From positions 5,288,289 through 5,352,288 of the forward strand of contig BFEA01000022.1 in NCBI GenBank assembly GCA_003427395.1: a stretch of 64,000 bases of DNA. The letters run 5' to 3'. The notes beneath the pieces were generated by a model. It was not told where the DNA came from. It saw nothing but the letters and a program-made list of their open reading frames with translations, and made no database searches. The stretch is from Chara braunii (Eukaryota; Plantae; Charophyceae). Positions 1-11,952 of the stretch are shown in pieces (position 1 is the stretch's first letter; each line of letters begins with the position of its first letter). The translations under genes and the position numbers were made by a program.

Positions 1-174
1 TTATTTATTTTATTTATTCCTATCGATGGAACTATCAGGAGGTAAGCCGTGTGATCGGAACTTACCTGTTCTCTCTCTCTCCGTCGCTGTTGTCGTCACT
101 GTCGTCGTCGTCAGCCCGTTGTTAGCTCGTCGTCGTCGTCCGATCGTACATCAGGTAGGTGTCCATCTCTACTT

Positions 175-203
175 CCCTTCTCCTCCTTTTCCTTCCTCTC
201 CTC

Positions 204-252
<49 letters not shown>

Positions 253-328
253 TTCTTCTTCGTGATAAAGTTTCACGAGCTTCTCTTAGCAACCCCGGCG
301 GCAGACCGCCGAGATCACCGCAATCCAG

Positions 329-365
<37 letters not shown>

Positions 366-585
366 AGGTATGTACAAAGGGCAGGGGCGTAATCAGCGCG
401 AGCTGATTGTCTCGCACTTACTAGGTAACCCCCATTCAAGATGGATGATTACAACAATCTTTCCCGTCGTGCGGATCCCCTTTCCTTCTCCCTCGTTCTT
501 TTTCTTTTTCTTTTTCTTCTTCTTCTTCTTCTTCTTCTTCTTCTTCTTTTTCTTCTTCTTCTCTTCTTCTTCCTGTTCTTCTTCT
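175..585. repeat. CTT/TTC microsatellite and pyrimidine-rich low-complexity tracts
   Basis: (CTT)n runs at about 210-260 and 515-575; these explain the spurious poly-S/F/L/R/K ORFs. Confidence 0.95.
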
Positions 586-819
586 CGCGCACCCCACTTC
601 TGCTTGCTGGCAATCACGTTTTCCCTTTCCTTGCCCCCGTACCCCTTTCTTTAACATTCGCGCCCCTTTTCTCCTCGTATGCGGTCGCCACCTCGTTGCG
701 CTGCTCTTTCGCCTGTGCGCAATCCCATCTGCTCGCTAGCCCGGGCTTGCTGTGTCACTCTCTTCGCCCATACGCTACCCTTCCCTGCCGTACTCCAACT
801 CGATAGTCCTCCCCGTTGT

Positions 820-2267
820 TGTCGGGGCGGGATGTTGGGTAGTACCGAGGGAATGAACCTGCCCCGGTTCTAACCATTAGTTCATCTAGTTTTCTTACGA
901 GAATCGGGGCAAAAGGAAATAAATCAAGAAAAACAAAAGAATCTAGAAATTGTAAAGAAAAGAAAAGTAATAATAAAAAAATATAATAAGATAAAAGAAA
1001 GAGAAATCTAACTACCTAACTACCCGTTCGTGCCATCNGTCGGGCAGACCACCTAACTAGAACTAATCCTAACACTAAGCTCGCGGGTTCAAGCCCCGGC
1101 CACTCGAAACCGGACAAAACAAAAGCGGGGNTCCTTTTCAAAAGGAGCTAGCTCAGCGGTCAACTGGATTCGTTCCCTGGATTCACTTCTTAACAGCCTA
1201 TACCTAAACCTACTAAGCTAGCTCCCACTTCAGGTAGAAGGGGAGCAGCTCTACTATGTATATAGTAGCGGGGCTCAGTCCAACCGGCGGCCTGAGCCCG
1301 TTCTAGCCTGTACGTGTGCGCACGCTTGCTGGTCCGCGCGTCTGCCTGCGTGCTCGCCGGCTTGAGTGTGTGTGTGACCAGCAAGGGCACTTGGTGGACC
1401 GGTAGGCCCGAAGGGCCGGTACTTAGCCGTGGCTGCAACATTGAGGGTCGCGGTGGGAAAGTTACAAGGTAGTCGGGTAAACCCGCACACTTAGAACAGC
1501 GGAAAAGCACTCAAGTAGCAGGTAGGCCGGTACCACACCGAGTAGTCCTGCCGGGTAATCGAGGCCGATCAGAAGAAGACAAAGTAGGTATTTCCAGAGG
1601 CCCAGTACCATCAGGTAGGCGGGCACCGGTTTTCAGTAGTACGAGTCTAGGTCCTGTGCGGATGATATCAGAGCCTGCAACGGTATCTCTCTATGCAGAG
1701 GGACGAAGGCACCGGTCACTCGGGTGGCGGCGTGGTAAGGAAGTCACCGCCCAAGGGGCGACTCCCTTTCTACCTACGGGAGGCTGAGTTAGATCCTCAA
1801 CCTCGCTCACGGTGCACGAGTAAGGATAGAGGTACTGATCGAGCAAGCGCTACAATCAGGACGCTGCCTCAACCTCGGTGACCTTACACTAATAATCGCT
1901 CCGGTCGTATGGCCGGGGCGTGTATTAATCTATTCTAACTAATGTACTGACGATTAAGTCTCAGCGTGCATGTAGATCTACTCGTCATAACATCAACCCT
2001 ATTGACCCCTCAACCTCTTCGGTCGCAGGGTATTACTGCAGATCCTAACCTTCACAGCGTTCGTCATAACAACGCGCGCATACTTAACGAAAGTTTCTCA
2101 CCGATTTTTGCCCCGACCTCAATGGCCGAAGAATTCGTTTCGACTGTCACTCTCAAGCGTGCACACCCTTTCCATTCCATACTGGCTCCGTCATGGTAGC
2201 CGATGCCGTCACCGTGTCGAATGCAAAAGCATGGCCAAATACCCTTGTAAGGGTATTTGGTCCGACA
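820..2267 (+). mobile_element. LTR-like unit (TGTCGGGGC...GGTCCGACA), member of the hairpin-CCGACA family
   Basis: Inverted termini TGTCGG/CCGACA; subterminal hairpin at 2234-2261 shared with units ending at 13933 and 52773; internal cassette shared with 52130-52260; flanks TTGT/ATGG do not form a TSD. Confidence 0.6.
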
Positions 2268-3299
2268 ATGGGGCTAGCAAAGGAAAGGGCTGCGCAAGGA
2301 GGAGTCGAGGGAAGTGGGTATGGACGGAGAAAGAGGTGACGATTTGCCCGATTCATCATAGAATCGGGTAAGGTAGGATGCTAGCTTAGAGCTTAGGCCG
2401 TGGCGAGGGCGAACGTAAGGTTAGTTTGGCTAGTGAGTTAGTAGACTAGGAGTTTGTAAGGAAACGAGCCACACGCGAGATGGCAGAGGCTGACTGTGGT
2501 AGAAAGGCGGGGGAAACGTAACTCACTCGATTCTTCATAGGACCGAATGAGTGGAGGTGCCAGGCAGGGGGTTCGGCAGGTGGCGTTTGTGATCCCGTGG
2601 TTAGTTTTGGTAGAAGAGTAGTAAGATTATAATTAGAAAAGAAAGGTAGTGCGAGGTGATAGAAAGGAGGTGGTGACGAGGAAGGAGGTGTGCAGGTGTA
2701 GGCGAACAGGGGGAACGGGCACGCGATACGAGGGATCGTGAGGAGTAATATGTGCCTGACTGTCGTTCCCATCATGTGTGATCGTATCGTGATCACCTTA
2801 ACGCTACCTGACCTCTATGTAAGCAGAGTGAACCGGGTCAGATGAGCGGCCAAATGCAGTCTTAATGAGCTGGGTGTAAGTGACTGTAAGAGATGAGGGA
2901 GTGTGACTATAGCATGAGTGTGTAAAGTGGCATACATATATACAGAGAGAGAGAGAGGGGGAGAACGTTTACCTTAAGGGAACGGAGGGCGTGAGACACG
3001 CAAAAGATAGAGTATCAAAGCTAAGTTACGAACAAAATTACTACAGCCTTTGTAAGAAAATACAAGTGGCAGCCAAATATTATACTGTCAGGCACCGCCA
3101 TCTGCCGCATGGTTGCTTGGTGCTTGCTACATATGTTTACCCCGGTCTCAGTATCCGGGCCAGGTTCACTTGGCCACTATAACAAGCAGGTGTAGAGCAT
3201 GGGTCATTGCCAAGGAGAGGGAAGGAGCTTATTACTGAAGATAGTGGGTGGAATGACTTTTTGAGCTAACTACGGTAACAAATTAACAGGTTCTCAGAA

Positions 3300-5003
3300 G
3301 GACAGACAAATATTTTGCCAGGGAGAGTGGGGCGACTATGTATACTGATTGCGTCTGTGACTGGTGCGACTTTCGTTACTCTTAAACACAGGTCTAGTTA
3401 AGTTGGGTACTGCGCACGGAAACTGGGCACCTTACGGATATTATTGTTGTATCTCCAGCATCATTGTGCTTTGACATATAGCACTACGGTTGCTACTTCT
3501 AGTATCTGTATATTGCTATGGTGGTTGTTGCGAGACCAGGGTCATTACGGCAGGTCACTGGGTTACCAGGACTGTTTGTTCCATGTGTTTCAGTAATTGC
3601 CTGTTTAAGAACGCTTTAGGTGCTTATTTTCCTGACTGTGCTGGGTGTCCTAACCACGGTTCATGCCCACTGGACATTGCGGGGCACTCATCTCAATGGT
3701 TGACAGTATATCTGCTCGTGTTAGCAGGAGGGAAGAAGTTTCTATGAGTGCGTGGGTGGCAGGAAGGAGGGACGTAAGGATCATCGAGCCCGTCAACATG
3801 ACCCTCGTGAGGAGTATTGCGGCGAGGCGAATGAGGGTTGCTGCTGGTGAGAAATTACTGCTACCACTGGGGAAACTGTGAGGGAAGGGGCATGTGCCGT
3901 AACATGCGGAGGAGTTTTCCCTAAGCAGTACTGAGTATACTGCTGAGTGCATTATTGTGCACTATGTTGAGTGCGTCGTTGGAGATACACTACTGCATAC
4001 TGATCGGTGTGGAGATATGACGCGGATGTTGAGTACCTGGGCTGCCACAAAATCAAGTTGTTGCACGGCCACTACTCGCACAGTTTCAGTAGGTTGTCAC
4101 GTCTTGTCTGCGTGCTTAATAGAGTAAGGGGGCGACTGATCATGACCTTGGAGTTTACCGCCTCCTCGGCAGGACGGCTGTTGTTACTGGCGGCTGCCAC
4201 GGTGGATACGTTAGGGCTGCTGTATGCCGGTGGGCTGTTTTGCGGACAGTGAGAGCACTATGTTTTAACGGTGCTTAGAACAGGCTATTACACAAGGCGG
4301 CTGCGCTACGGCTGCTGTAACATCAAATTCTGTTGTGCAACTCGTGCCAGCAACTGGTGCGCAGCTGTGGCTGCTGGCGCTATACCTTGCTACTGGTATA
4401 ATCCGTTGCTACCGTAACTGTTGTAGGAAGTTGTAAACATGCTACAGGCCGCTGCAATAGTACGGCCATACACATGTCCAAGTTGGGCACACCGCTGAGT
4501 GTCTTATGACTGCACACATCTGCGTATTGAGTGGTACGACGTTGTAACACTGTGGTGGGCATTGCGTTAAGCACGACTGAGGAAGTCGGGCGCTGTCCCC
4601 CACTGCGGGCCACTGCGGTGCGCATCCTGTGCTGCTGCTACTGGTGGCGGCTGCTGCTGCTGGGGAGGGTCTGCTGCTGTGTATTGTGCGCGATCGGTTG
4701 CTACATGCCGAACACTATTGATCGCGGTATGCTGCTACAGCGCTGGGGGACAGGGTACGGACTATGGATGCTGCTGCTGGCACGCACTGCTGTTGCTGTT
4801 AATCGCAACTTGCGGCCGCACATGTGGACTATTGCAGGCTAGTGTGTGGTCGTGAGCAGGCTGAGAAGAGGAGCTGAGACTTGGGGGGATGGTCAGGCTA
4901 GACGAGTAGGGGGTTAGTGCTATGGTTTGGGAGGTTGGGAGGGGATTAATTTCGGCAGCTCGACGTCAGAGATACTGACCAAGCTGGCACATTGGCCGCC
5001 ATT
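3300..5003 (-). pseudogene. Decayed Q/P/A-rich ORF of unknown function, antisense to the putative retroelement
   Basis: Minus strand reads e.g. AADPPQQQQPPPVAAAQDAH with CAG/GCA triplet periodicity and scattered TAG stops; candidate start ATGGCGGCCAAT near 5003; no recognisable domain. Confidence 0.3.
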
Positions 5004-5494
5004 GGGGGGCCCTCAGGCGCCTCCAGATTTCAAGGCTCTCTCATGGTGAGTTGAGTTGACCCATCCTTGGATCTCGAGAGTTTGAACATTATACTTCTAT
5101 CTTTCTCAGTCTCAGTCTAGTCTCTTGGTTACGAGAGGAAGGCGGCAGGCGGGATTGCAACCTGTAGGTCCGCAGCAAGACCTTGTGGGAGGTTCACACA
5201 CCGATTGAGGGGGCTCTATCGGAAACCAGGCAGGGTTCTAGAGGCAGGGAACTTCAGGTATAATTTCGTTTGACCCATGTGATCCCTTCCCCTAATTGCT
5301 ATCCTTGGGTATCGAAATAAGACTATGACAGGCTATTACTTTTTATTTTGCTATGTATGTCAGGACATGTTTTGCAAAGGGTTAGTGAACACTTATGTAT
5401 GAGAGTTCAGATGAACCTGAGTGAATTCAGACAAAATGAACGGGGGGGAAGGTGGGATGAAGGTGTTATGCATGCTTTGACTGGGTCAACCCAA

Positions 5495-6745
5495 GGCTGA
5501 GCTCCTCCAAGTTGATGTGGGCTCAGTGCTGTGTTTTATTTATGTTTGCTGGGTTGATTGTATGATCTTTGAGGGTTGGGCCTATCCTAAGTTGGACGGA
5601 CCAGTCGCTGTTTTTTCTGGGGTTTCTGCACAGGAGGATGGGCACCTTATGTTGGGAGGACTCAGAATCCTGATGTTTCGTTTGTGGGCGGCTGAAAACA
5701 GGACTAGGGATATTCTAAGTTGCGTAGACCCAGTTCTGTGTGTGTTTCTTCTGAGGGGGACACTGGCATGAGGGTGAGCGTACCCTTTAGTTAGGGCGGG
5801 TCAGTCATAAGCCATGAACAAAATGGTCAACCAAAGTATAGAAATTGCTACATATACTATATGAACTTATACTCTGACAGACCGGACATCCTAAGTTGGG
5901 AAAGTCAGTCAGTAAGTCTGGTAGAACAAGAAGAAAAGAGAAGCAAATAAATAGTATAATAAAGTTAATTCGGGCAGGCTGAGTGTACCCTTAAGTTAGG
6001 GCGGCTCACTCTTATGCTCGTAATAATGCAAAGGTGCAAAGAGTTAGTATAAATCTTCTTTTATTTTCCCTTCTAAACACAAGGCAGGATTGGATGTCTC
6101 CCTAAGTTGGGTAGGTCTGATCATCTGCCTAATAAGAGAGAAACATATAAAGTTTGTGCAAGTACATCAATGGTTGTTCTCTTATACTGTCGTTACGGAG
6201 ACTAAGCGTACCCTTAAGTTAGGGCGGCTTAGTCATACGTCGTTTGTGCTTTGTTCAGGCAGATCAGACGTACCCTTAAGTTAGGGCGGCCTGGTCATAT
6301 TGTTTTATGTACCTAAACCTGTTTAAGCTGGCTAGGCGTACCCTTAAGTTAAGGCGGCCTAGCTATATGCTCTTGTCGTTGTTGTTATGTAGGTTGGACG
6401 TACCCTTAAGTTAGGGCGGTCTGACCATTAGTCGTTCGTACTTGTTTTAGGCAGGTTAGGCACATCCCTAAGTTGGGGCAACGTAATCCTATGCCCTATG
6501 TAACCTTGTCTATGAGCTGGCTAGGCATACCTTTAAGTTAGGGTAGTCTAGTTTATGCTTAGTCGTCAGTTAAGCAGAAATCAGACGTACCCTTAACTTA
6601 GGGCGGTCTGGTCATATGTTTTATGACTAGAGTTTATGTGGTGTTGGGCATACCCTTAAGTTAGGGCAGTCCAGTTGTGAGTACATTTAGTTGTTTACTT
6701 AGGCAGGTTGTGAATACCCTTAAGTTATGGCCTTGTCTGATCCTA
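5495..6745 (+). repeat. Array of about 17 stem-loop repeats (core GTACCCTTAAGTTAGGGCG) separated by variable spacers
   Basis: Cores begin at 5780, ~5887, 5985, 6096, 6208, 6270, 6338, 6400, 6462, 6527, 6587, 6650 and 6714, with degenerate units near 5497, 5575, 5638 and 5702; each is flanked by 8-nt inverted arms. Confidence 0.92.
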
Positions 6746-8113
6746 TGCCATAGGTAAGGGGGTTATAACAGAAAAAGAACTGAGTGATCCAATGAACTAT
6801 TCAGGTTAAACTTATACTGGAATGTGAGAGATGTTTGTTCATGCATGTTTGTGGGCTCTCACTCTGAAGCGTCTTTTTGGTAGATTAGCTGTTTAGATGC
6901 TCGCCAAGTGCTGGAGCCATAGGGAGATTAGTTGGATGATGGGAGGGAGAGCTTGGGATGAAGATAGGACTGACCCTACTAGGAGTTAGGATCAGGGCTA
7001 GCTCACGACCTCATCTAGAGGTTGTGTGGGCTATCATTGATTCTAAATCATCGAGCAGGTGTCAGAAGATAGTCTGAAGTATAGCTTGCTTTGTCTTTTT
7101 GTCTTTCGGCTTTGTATAAATCTTGACAGCCTCATATTCCTACGGGAAGCGCTGCCGAAATTTCTGCAAATCAGAAAGAGTTAGTCATTTTTTGACTCAT
7201 AGAATTTCTGAAAAGGCACTTTTCCTACGGGAAGCACTGTCGAAGTTTTTAAGAATTTGAGGAGTTAGAATATTTTCAGCTAGGGGCTACTTAGCAGATC
7301 TATCCTGGATAGAGGAGATGTTCAGTGGTCTGGTACTAGTAGAGGAGTTAGGTTACGACATAGGGAGTATTTGCCTTCTTTGGCATAAACAAAGTAGTGT
7401 TTCTTTTGGCCTGTACTGTGATGCAGGTGTCCGTATTTCGCCTGAAGGTTTGACCTGATCAGCCTGATCCTTCAAAAGGATCACTTTTCTGTTATCACTG
7501 ATAACAAGTCGGTTGCCGATTCGTCGGTTTACGACTCAACTTTCCTATTTCTCCTGCCTCTCAACCTAAGGCCTTGGCCCTTGCCTGGTTCGTGTGTTTC
7601 TTTGGGTTTTCAGCTAGTTTCTTTATAAATGGTCATTTCTTAAAGACTGAGTATATTTGTTGAGGATTGGTGGGGAAATGGTTGGGCTTGTGTGCATAAG
7701 GCAGGGTGTGAGTTGCAGAAGGTTGGAAGGTTGACCCCTTTAGTGTGTGTGATGTTGTTCGAATGTTGTGTATATGATTGCGGGTATGTATGAAAGATTC
7801 TCGATTGAGTCAGGTTGAATGATTATGTTTTGGATTCAGATGGGCAAACCACACAACTGTCGTGAGAGTGAACTACCCACAACCTTTTGTTCGAGTGAGG
7901 TTGTCTTTTCCCATCCTGATAATGTGATAACCAGAGTAAGCGTACGCTCGGGTAACCCTTATAGGGCTACGCGACCACACGCTTACGTTTTCCTCTACTC
8001 AATGATTTTATTTGGTCGGACGTTAGTCCCAGGCCTGGAATTCAAGGTCCTTGTTAGGGACGTTGACTTACCTGCTGTCCCGTGAAAACGGAAGCGCCTC
8101 AAGGGGGAGGGGC

Positions 8114-9464
8114 TGTCCCCCAGCAACTCAGTCTGGCGAGGCGTTCGTATTTTCCCCTGCCAACGTCAAGTAATTTTTTTCTCTTTCCTTGTTTTAAATT
8201 ACTTTTGGTGGAACGATAGAGTTCCGGGCGGAAGGGATAGCGTGTCGCTGGTGGTGCGCAAGACAACTCACCACCGCTCCGAATTCCTTCTTGCCCTAGG
8301 GACCCGGACCATCTTACCCCACACCCTCTGGGACACTTCAGGCTGCTGAAGATGGTAAGGCCCTCAGGCCGGTTTTGCGTCCGTTAAAGGGTTACCCCCC
8401 TTAGTGCGCGCTTCAACCGATGCCTGAGCGTGGAGGGCGACCCCATAAATGAGGCCGCTCGCGTATGGGTACCACGTAAAGCGCCGTCATCACGACTGTT
8501 TACGCAAATCCACATTGTTAGTCGGTATGCGTAGGTCCTGCGTCCGCGCGGCTTTATACTAAACCACGCGCGCGTCACCTACTGATTTCCACGCTCAATG
8601 GTTATGGGTCAAGCGGAGAGGGCAAAAGCGCGTTATGGCCAGTAGGCCCGAGTTTCGGCAGCGCGAAACGACGCGGGGGCGAGGTATCGACCGTAGTCGG
8701 CCTATGGGGTTCCGCGTATGAGCCTTTAGCGCCTCGAACACTGGGTTACCTATGGGTCGGATTCTGGGCATCATCCGCACGCACCTTTCGCGTTGGCCTA
8801 CCCCGTCCATCCGGAACGGCTATCAGACCATCTGCAATTGTTTCCTCCTTAAAGTTTTCATGGTTGGACGTTGTAGTCCGTGGTAGCCGTCAAAGTCAAA
8901 CCCCTTGAGTTTGGCTACCACGACAGCCCTGAAGCTGCCTACTCAACCCCTCTGCACAGGGTGCAGAAGAGGGTGTGGTCTTCAACCGCGCATGGCGGTT
9001 GTCTGGCGACGAGAGATTACCCCTCAAAGCGCCTGCTAGCCGACACTTGAGTGTCGAACGCGACCCTCGAGATTATCAGGGGCCGCGAGGCTACGAGTAC
9101 TACATAGTACCCCATCAGCGCGGATACTTACGTATGTCCGCATGGCTGATATGAGGAGGCCATGCACTCGCTCGATACTTATACGAAAATCTAGCGCGCA
9201 GTACCTATCTGATTCTCACTACATAACGTTATGGGTCAGGTACTGAAGGGACTAGGAGTTGTTGCATTGGGGTGTTTTTTGTGGTGTTTGTTTTGTGTAT
9301 GTTTCCATGTGTTATGAGTGGGTAGATGTGAGTGTTGTGGTATAACGCGTGGTGTGTGTAGTGCGTCCCATTCGACCGGCGCTGAGTCGCGTTTGGGACC
9401 TCAGCCCCCCACGCGCAAGGGTTTGATTTTTGGGTGTTCGACCGTGCGTACCCCCTATGCGACA
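8114..9464 (+). mobile_element. Putative 3' LTR (TGTC...GCGACA)
   Basis: Follows the PPT; right end GTGTTCGACC-hairpin-GCGACA resembles the GTGTTTGACC/GCGTTCGACA-hairpin-CCGACA ends of the other LTR-like units; no matching 5' LTR in the window. Confidence 0.45.
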
Positions 9465-9595
9465 GCGAGCGAGAAACGCCCTCGGCTGGACCACCTCTGC
9501 AATTGCATACGAAAAGCCTTCGCATGTGGTTCAGTAGCTCGGCGGGGATACGCCCACCTAAGGGATGGTGACAGCTCCCGCAGGTGGAGGTAAGC

Positions 9596-9850
9596 NNNNN
9601 NNNNNNNNNNNNNNNNNNNNNNNNNNNNNNNNNNNNNNNNNNNNNNNNNNNNNNNNNNNNNNNNNNNNNNNNNNNNNNNNNNNNNNNNNNNNNNNNNNNN
9701 NNNNNNNNNNNNNNNNNNNNNNNNNNNNNNNNNNNNNNNNNNNNNNNNNNNNNNNNNNNNNNNNNNNNNNNNNNNNNNNNNNNNNNNNNNNNNNNNNNNN
9801 NNNNNNNNNNNNNNNNNNNNNNNNNNNNNNNNNNNNNNNNNNNNNNNNNN
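9596..9850. other. Assembly gap
   Basis: Run of N. Confidence 1.
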
Positions 9851-10693
9851 CAATGGTGGGCGCAGTGGCGACGGGGCACCACCACCTTTACTAACTGCAA
9901 GGGAGGGCGCACATACTGCCAAGTAAGTCGCCCTCTGCCCTTCTCCCTTTTTCTTCTTCTTCTTCTTCTTCTTCTTCTTTTTTTTTTTTTTTTTTTTTTT
10001 TTTCTTCTTCTTCTTCCTTTTCTTCTTTCTCCTCCTACCACTACTTCTCCTGCTACTTCTACTACCCTCCCCGTGCTTTGCTTTCTTCTCAGCGTGCGTG
10101 ATTCCTCCCTTGTTCTCCCACCACTATCTCACCCTCTTTGTGCTCACTACTCGCTTTCTCGCATCGAGCGCTCACACCAGGTTTTTCTCATGCATATCGA
10201 CCCTCTTTCTAGCTGCGCACTTGCCTTTTTTCCACTTGTAGGTCCGTCATCTCCGTTTACCATGCGCGCTTTCCCCGCGCCCCTCCATTGTCACCACTTG
10301 CATTCTCTCCTTTATCCCGCTCTGTGTCCAATCACCTTCGTCCAGCTGCTTGCTGTTCGCCTGCTCGGTCATCTTCTTTCTCCCGCTGCACACTCAACTT
10401 CCTTCTCCCCGCACTTTCCTCCCTCCACTCCACGGCTACTTCTCACGTTCCCACAACCGCAGTCTATTCCAAGTTGTACGTGGCTTGGTGAGATCTTGGT
10501 AGCGGTGTGTTTTTGCTGCAATAGCAAGTTCCCTTTTCTCAATGGAATCTGCCTACGATTCGGAGCATATTCATTACAGTCTAGGAAGAAAAAAAAAAAA
10601 AGCTTGGTGAATATAATATTAAAAATAATAAAAAATGACATCTACTGCAAAATCTAGTAAAAGATCAAACAAAATGAAATAAAGATTTTCTAA

Positions 10694-11895
10694 GGGCATA
10701 CTCACACACGAATAGCAAAATTGCATAATTTGCAATTTTGCAATTGCGATTTTGAGATTTCGTGGCTCGTTTTACACTCCTTGGGGCGTCATCGAGGCGG
10801 AAGGAAGTTTCCTTGGGGGTTTTCAAGGAAATTCCCGCCATCGTTCCACCTGTCCTCGGGGACCTTGTCCCACTTGCACCGTTTAGTTGAGGCAGCTCAA
10901 CTGTGCGACAGCTAAAAAAAATCATTTTAATTCAATTTCGAATGAGAAATGCATTTATAAATGTCAGGAATACAATTGTTCTCGTTTTTCATTTTTCACA
11001 ATTGGAGTGGCATACGGGCACTTCCACAGCAGAAAATGAAGAGGTGCCCGAATCCCGTCCAAAAATAGCAAACGGAAGGAGGCTCGTACAGTTTCTTTTG
11101 AAAAACGTCTGTTGGGGGAACAAGAAGGTCGTTGAACTAGCTGTCTCGAAAAAAGGAGACAGCTACTAGTAGTTCAACGGAAAGTGGCGAGGGTAGGGGT
11201 AGTAGTATTCGAGAAAAAGGATTTATTTCTGTTTTTTGTTGTAAGAAAAAGCGAAGATGGTCTCTATTGCCCATTTTATTAAAAACGGACCATTAGATGA
11301 ATTGGACGACGTACATCTCCCTTGTCGCGTACAGTCACACAGGCTCGAAAACCCCACGTTGACCTAGCTCAACGGAGCTAGTGGGACAAGGTCCCGGGGA
11401 CGTCGCCCGAGGACATTTCCTTTGAACGATGTCAGACAAGAAAAAGAAAAAAATCAAATGTGTTTGAGGCCTTCAGCCAGTAGGGTGCCGCCATGATCCA
11501 GATTCTCGGTTGTAACGTCTCTCTACCCATGTGCCCTCTCCTCTCCGTGAAACGCGGATTCCTTTTGCCCAAGGGACCTTATGAGGTCCTTTGGCCAAAA
11601 GGAAGAATTGGTTGGGGAATCCTCGGAGCCCAAGGAAGTTCCTTCAGAGTGTTTTCACTTTTTTTTTCCCCGACTACATCCCCGAGGATACGTAGAACGA
11701 ACAATTCCTCGGGGACTTTACTTGCCCGAGGAGTGTCGAACGAGCCCCTTAGTTGGGGTGCGTACTCACACACCGCTGCCTTTGTGAATGAGACATCGCC
11801 CCGACTTTCTGAAAATTGGTCCATTTGGTATCAGCTTGGTCACACAACTGTTAGCAGATGGTGGAATATTTTTTATTTGGCTTTGAATTTTTCAT

Positions 11896-11952
<57 letters not shown>

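Larger units (their letters stand above)
2268..8113 (+). mobile_element. Probable 3' internal region of an LTR retrotransposon (no pol domains visible)
   Basis: Ends in a polypurine tract AAGGGGGAGGGG (8101-8112) followed after one base by TGTC; contains a decayed antisense ORF and the stem-loop array. Confidence 0.45.

Noticed and set aside
26-806. Short ORFs with poly-S/F/L/R/K/E tracts, here and at 9229-10657, 37414-37935, 41089-41949 and 43762-44069
   Set aside because: Translations of microsatellites, homopolymers or N gaps.
5772-6745. Bona fide CRISPR array
   Set aside because: No cas genes or leader, eukaryotic transposon context, repeats vary in their arms, and spacers are compositionally biased and uneven. 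Reported as a stem-loop array instead.
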